A DNA stretch of 64,000 nt, taken from positions 22,077,875-22,141,874 of the forward strand of contig CM119266.1 of NCBI GenBank assembly GCA_051294375.1, written 5' to 3'. The notes beneath the pieces are model-generated. The model was not told the origin of the DNA. It did no database searches and saw only the letters and a list, made by a program, of their open reading frames with translations. This DNA comes from Paraspadella gotoi (lineage: Eukaryota; Animalia; Chaetognatha). Below are positions 50,354 through 64,000 of this stretch, piece after piece (within the stretch, counting starts at the first letter, position 1; every line of letters starts with the position of its first letter). Both the position numbers and the translations under genes were made by a program.

Positions 50354-52612
50354 GCCGACGACCGACGACGACGACGCCGACGACGAACGACGACGACGCC
50401 GACGACGACGACGACGACGCCGACGACGACGACTACGTCACAAAGAAGCTCACCCGAATCAATATCAAGCCTGAACCGGACTTCGCCGGTCATGGCTTGA
50501 TAAAAACAACAACCGTAAATTGAAAATGAAAAAAAAAGAAGAAATAAATGATAGATAAAACAACTACATAAAATTGTAATATGAGACTAAGTTAGGAATG
50601 GAAAGAGAGTCCCTGATAACAGAGAGCATTAGATTTTTTCGCTCTCGGTAAAAGCCGAAGGGAAATCCTGAGAGGCAGACACTCCTTTACTTCTTTATAT
50701 AGTATATAATAGTTTTTTTTCGTCAAACCGCAGATGAGCTTCGAGCCAAGTGTTTGAACTCCAACGTTCCCAGCAGATTAAGTCTCTACTTATCTATAAA
50801 GTACCTTTGACTTTTAAAAATAGACTTCAGGAACAGACAGACATATTTGACCCAACTAACAAAACTATAACAAATCAATTATTTGGAATTACGCTCGATA
50901 AAGAGAGTATACTATTTGTATTTGTTATCTTTTAGTTGTAAAAATACTTTATTTTTTCGGACTTTACGTATTTTTTTCTTTTAAAAGTCAACTTTTTCAT
51001 GCATCTGTCCGTCTATCAACGGATAGTTTTGCACCCAAGTCAAGTCTCGGTTTAATCTCTGTCATTTTAAAAATTCACAGCGGCCATATTTGATGTAGAT
51101 TTGGAGATCGTAATCTGTTTCTGGACAAGACGTCCAGAAACGTCCATAAAAACAACTGACATTCAAAAAGCTAATCTTCAATAAGTTCCATTCTAGACCT
51201 TTTTTTAAAATTCCAAACATTTTAACGAGTAAAAAAAAAAAGAAAGCCGATGGATTTAATTAAAGTTTTTACGATCCTCTAATGCCCACTAAAAAGCCTC
51301 TAACGGACGAGATCGAATTTCCGTCAGACGTCTCAGCCTCGATTTCGCCTCTCGTGACGCAGATCGACACGTCAGTCGAGCCACCGACGAAATAAGCGTC
51401 AAATTCGTTAGCGCAGACGCCAGATGGGGACGGACAAGGAAAATAAAAAGGGGGAATAGTGAAAGAAAGGGATTGGGGTGAATTACGTTTTGGAAAAAAG
51501 AGGCTGGAAAAAGAGCATATCAAACGAAAAATAGATATGAAATTGGTGCAACCAATATGAAAATTATCTATTTGTAGCTGCCTAATTGAACATAACAACT
51601 ACAACAACAACAAAGACGACGACAATGAGCGAATATTGTCAATTGAAAACTCACCACTTGACCGTTCCGTGGGTCAACTTATTTGACCCACACATCTGAA
51701 CTCAAATCTATTATTGTTTTCTCTCACCGTGAATAGTTTTCCCTTTGTTTTGTCTCTCTGTTTTTTACTGTTTGATGATTTTTCGAATCTTATATTCTCT
51801 CAAAAAATACATGAAACTTGTCTCAACAATTCCAAATATTTTCGCCAAGTAAGTCTCTTCAATTGGTGATCGCCCGACTAAAAGAAAAAAGGCAACCTTC
51901 AACAAACAAGATGATAAGAAACGATCTTGACCGCTCCCGCCGGGAGTCTGCCCCAGCCCATCGTGGCCGCGGCAGATTCTCCAGAGAAATTACTTCCGTC
52001 GGCGGCGCCGCCCTTCCACTTCCGCTTTCTTGCCACTGACTTTGAAGAGGCACTGGTGGGTTAAGGCCAACATAACACTTACAAGATAATAACATAGCAG
52101 GACTCCGCAAGCTTCCAATCACGACCCTCTAACAGTCCAGCTTAGTTACTCCCAGAGAATTTGGCTTCTCGATACACATGTGTGCAAAAAAAGTTTAATA
52201 GTTATGATAAAGCATTTTATTTCGATTTTTGAAGGAAACCGGTGTAAACATTCTTTGTAGTGTTTCAAAGAGAGTTTAAATTGCGTATGATAGGGAGAAT
52301 TATTTTAAAATAAAAATGAAAGATCTAGAAAAAAAAAAAAGAAGTAACTCCTCTCTCCAAAATAAAAAGCACAAGTTAGTTTTTTTTAGTGGCGCGGAAC
52401 ATTCATGGGAAGGAATCTGGAGATGAGGGAATGAGATTTCTCGAAGATGAAGAAAAAGAGTTTTCCAAACCTTGGGGGCGTAAGGAAGATCAGAGGCGGA
52501 AGGCTTTTTATTTGGCCAGGGGTGGAGGGGGGAGAGCGGGGGCGAAGAAGATGGCGAAGGCTCGGGAGTCATTCGAAGAAACGTTGGGATATTTTGGGAA
52601 TTTGGGATCGAG

Positions 52613-60740
<8,128 letters not shown>

Positions 60741-60765
60741 NNNNNNNNNNNNNNNNNNNNNNNNN
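60741..60765. other. Assembly gap (25 N) inside a (CT)n tract
   Basis: Run of N. Confidence 1.
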
Positions 60766-63700
60766 TCTCTCTCGTTCTTCAGCGACGAAATTTGCGTTTC
60801 CACTTTGACCAGGATGTATAAAAGAAACTTTAAAAGTCGGACTTGAAACCCAGCGCGCACCAGCCTCAAAAAGGCGGCTTAATACAAGTTACGGTGTCTG
60901 TCGCTCGTGGTCTTCATCGTCGTCGTCATCTCTCAACCAGAAACCAACGCGAACGAATACGAATGGCGAAAGTGAACAAGCAGCGTTTGTGCCACAAAAT
61001 TTATATCGAGATTTTATTTCGGGGGTTAATTCAATTTGGTTCCGAAGAATTCGTAACGCGGTTGTTTATCGCCAGAATAAACAAGGAGAGAATCCCCGAT
61101 GTTCTTTTTTTTTTATATCGCTGAGATAATGCGAGCGACCGCGGAAACAAACAAATAAATCGTCGTTTACGCTTTTAATTTAATTTTAATTAATGCGCAA
61201 ACGCAAACGTAAGTTCTCACAGGCTAATAGTCGGTCGGGAGGGTTGGGATCGCTAGGCGCAAACACAGTGACCTCTCTCCTCTTGCTTCAATTTCCAGGA
61301 GCCAACTTCCAGACACTGTACCTAATACACATCATGGTGACCAGAACGAGCCTTACTATAATGTCACCTCTATTACCGGAAATAACCCGCCATCCTCCTT
61401 CTTCGCCAAGCGCCATTCCATCGACAATCACCATATCTTCCCCCCCCCAAATCCGCGTTGCGAGAATCTGGTCCGCCCTTCGTCTTCGTCCCATGACAAT
61501 TACGAGACGGCGTCACCGGCGTCTCTGCCATCTTTGGCGTCTCCCCTTCTTTGTCCCGTCGTTCTTATCAAGGCCGCCCGTTTTGCTTATTCGTCCCGAC
61601 GGGAGTCGGCCGCCTGTCGGCCGCCTGTACCCCGCTTGTCGGCCGCTTGTCGGCCTGACGACGTAATTGGCATACTGTTGCAAACTTGCCGACTTGACCA
61701 CGATCCCGCTGTCCGCTCACAACCAAGGTCGTTGGTAGATTCTTTTCTCTTTTTGACCTGACTACCCTCGTTCAGCGGTTTACTCATTGGCCACAATGCT
61801 CTCGTTTTACCCACCTAGCTCAAACCCTCTTGATTTCCACTTGCAACTCCGCGCCATTCCGTCCACCTTTGGTCCACCACCCTGGGGCGTTACTTATGGA
61901 ACTGACAGATGCAAACAAATCTTTTCCGCCAACGATTTTTCTCTTGAGGGTTTGGCAAGAGTTAAATATTAAAAGGGTAGTAGTTAAAGTGTAAACCGTT
62001 TTAAGTATTAATGGTTACTATAAATTTTGATTTAGAGTATTCTAAACTAGTATTTTGAAATTGAACGTACAAATCTTTTAGAGAATCTCAGAATTTAAAT
62101 TTACGAAAAGTTGACATTTGAGTTCGTTTAACTCTGAAAGATGACCCCAGCTGTCGGCCTCACGCCTCAACTTAAATTCGTGTCCGTGTTTGAAATATAT
62201 ATTTCCTGCACACGAGGTTTTGAGTTTCGCTCAAACAAACGCGAGAAAGAAACGTGTTCGAAACAAGCATAGTGCTTGTAAAAAAGCGTAATCTTTAATT
62301 TAAGACGCAACTAATACACATAAGCCTGTCCAACGTCAGTGGCAAGATAGCTTATTTATTAAATTAACGGATAATTTTTATATTGATCGTACCCATTTCA
62401 TACGTATATTATCCGCAAAAGCCAAAACTGTCAACTCTAGCGGGGAAAATATTCCCTCGCAAGAATTTTCTTCATATCCGATTAACTCATTCGCTTCTAA
62501 AGGCGGTCCTACTCCCTCTTATTTCTCACAACAAAAAAAAATTATTTCAGGTTCCATTTTTTTTTCCTTTTTCTCGCGCAGAGGCTAAAAGGATCCGCTC
62601 AGCGCGGGAGCCAATTTCGAGCGACCGAATTTTCTCAGAGTTCAAAGGAAAGGGCCACTCCGAGCGACGAGCGTGGGGTTGGGTGGATGGAGGAGGTTGG
62701 CAGCAGGTAGGAACAAAAGATCAGAAGTTGGGGTGGCCAGGGGGCGCTCTGTGTTTGAAAGGGGTATGGTTAGAGCGAGAGAGATGTAGCGATGTTCGTT
62801 TTTTCAACCCGCATCCTTTCTGAACAGTCCGATGCAAACCCTTTTCTATTATTTGACACATGACGCAACAAAATTTCAACTTTAATGTCGTCGTCGTTGT
62901 TGCCCTTTTTTACCCAGAGAGACTCGCTTTGAGTGGACTCCACTCGGTTGTTTGTTTTTTTTCCCCTTAATCAGCCTAAAAATAAGTAAAAAAAAGTTTG
63001 CTGCGGTTGGGTCGAGGCAAGCAGAGGCAAGCAATATGGAGCCCGCTGAAGGTCAAAACCAGAAAAAAAGCTTTTTTAGCGAGAAGTGAGAGGGCTCGTC
63101 ACCGAGAGAGGTTTTGGGGTCAATGGAAAAAAATAGAAAAAAAGTGGAGAGATTCAAATCCTAATGTTCGGGTTAAAAAGGTCGTTGCTATAGTGAGGTT
63201 CTCTACTCGACAAAGCGAGTGGCGGAAGGTACAAAGTAAATAGGGCGGGCGGAGACGACAAATAGGGACGAAAACGGAAAAGGAAAGTGAAGGCAAGTGA
63301 AGTAAAGGTGAGGAAATTAAAGGGTGAGTTTCGGTGAGATTAGCAAGTAAAGAAATGAGAAGAGGGACCGAAGACGAGCGAAGAGAATTGACTTTTCCTA
63401 ATTCCCACGAGGTTCTGATTACAGACGACGTGGTTTGGGCGTCTGTCGTTGCGCGCGCGTGAGAAAAGCGTGCGAAACGGGCGAGCGAAAGAAAGACGCG
63501 TGCGAATTGCGCGCGCGAACGAGAAATAAAGACTTTGCCTGTAAGATGAGCGCTCGAAAGAAAGGCGCATGCATTGCATGCGTATAACGCGAATCTCGAG
63601 AAAAAGACAATCCTAAAATAGGGCGAGGAACTGATTTTGGCAAAAATAACTCGATCCATCTTCGCGTGAGACCAGAATCTGTTTACTGGATGTCAGGCAC

Positions 63701-64000
63701 CCGTCTTAAGGCGCCAGGCGTCGCTTCGGCGCCTGCTTAGAATTAAACGAGGCGTCTATCTCAAGGATTTTCGTGGTTCGTTAAGACGGACACCGAAAAG
63801 AGGAAATCGCGCGACTCTAATTAAAAAAAGGTGGAAGTCGGATGACTTATGATTCGACAGGTGCAAGAATCTCACGAGTCACCTCTGCACCTAATCAAAA
63901 CAGGTGCCGCGTCTCGCGCCACTTTCACCGGAAACCAGCGTTTCCCATTCGCTTCTATAGATTGGACGCTCCTTGTCTCGGGATTAAAAGGTCAGATGGA

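Overview
Eukaryotic (invertebrate-type metazoan) genomic DNA with short AT-rich introns. The first ~34 kb hold four spliced genes reconstructed by hand: (1) a BTB/POZ plus 2x C2H2 zinc-finger transcription factor (+, 587-8164, 5' end unresolved); (2) a FRMD4A/B-family FERM plus cytohesin-binding coiled-coil gene (+, 13367-24390); (3) a 3-exon multi-pass membrane protein gene nested on the same strand in a FRMD4 intron (20292-21169); (4) a 13-exon type I membrane protein with signal peptide, Ig, Thr-rich stalk, Cys-rich segment, 3x LDLa, TM and cytoplasmic tail (-, 34161-26104). The most notable signal is a family of ~250-bp intronic insertions at 15922, 17015, 29061 and 31131, with a possible remnant at 35725. 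Each combines a 5' hairpin, tRNA-like Pol III A/B boxes and a circularly permuted (type-P5) twister self-cleaving ribozyme whose stems and pseudoknot covary between diverged copies. Also present are Merlin-like MITEs, a composite minisatellite/(AG)n/palindrome element, many microsatellites, and a ~4-kb tandem duplication beside an assembly gap that is probably an artefact. No supportable gene was found from 35 to 64 kb. All calls are by eye; no searches were run.
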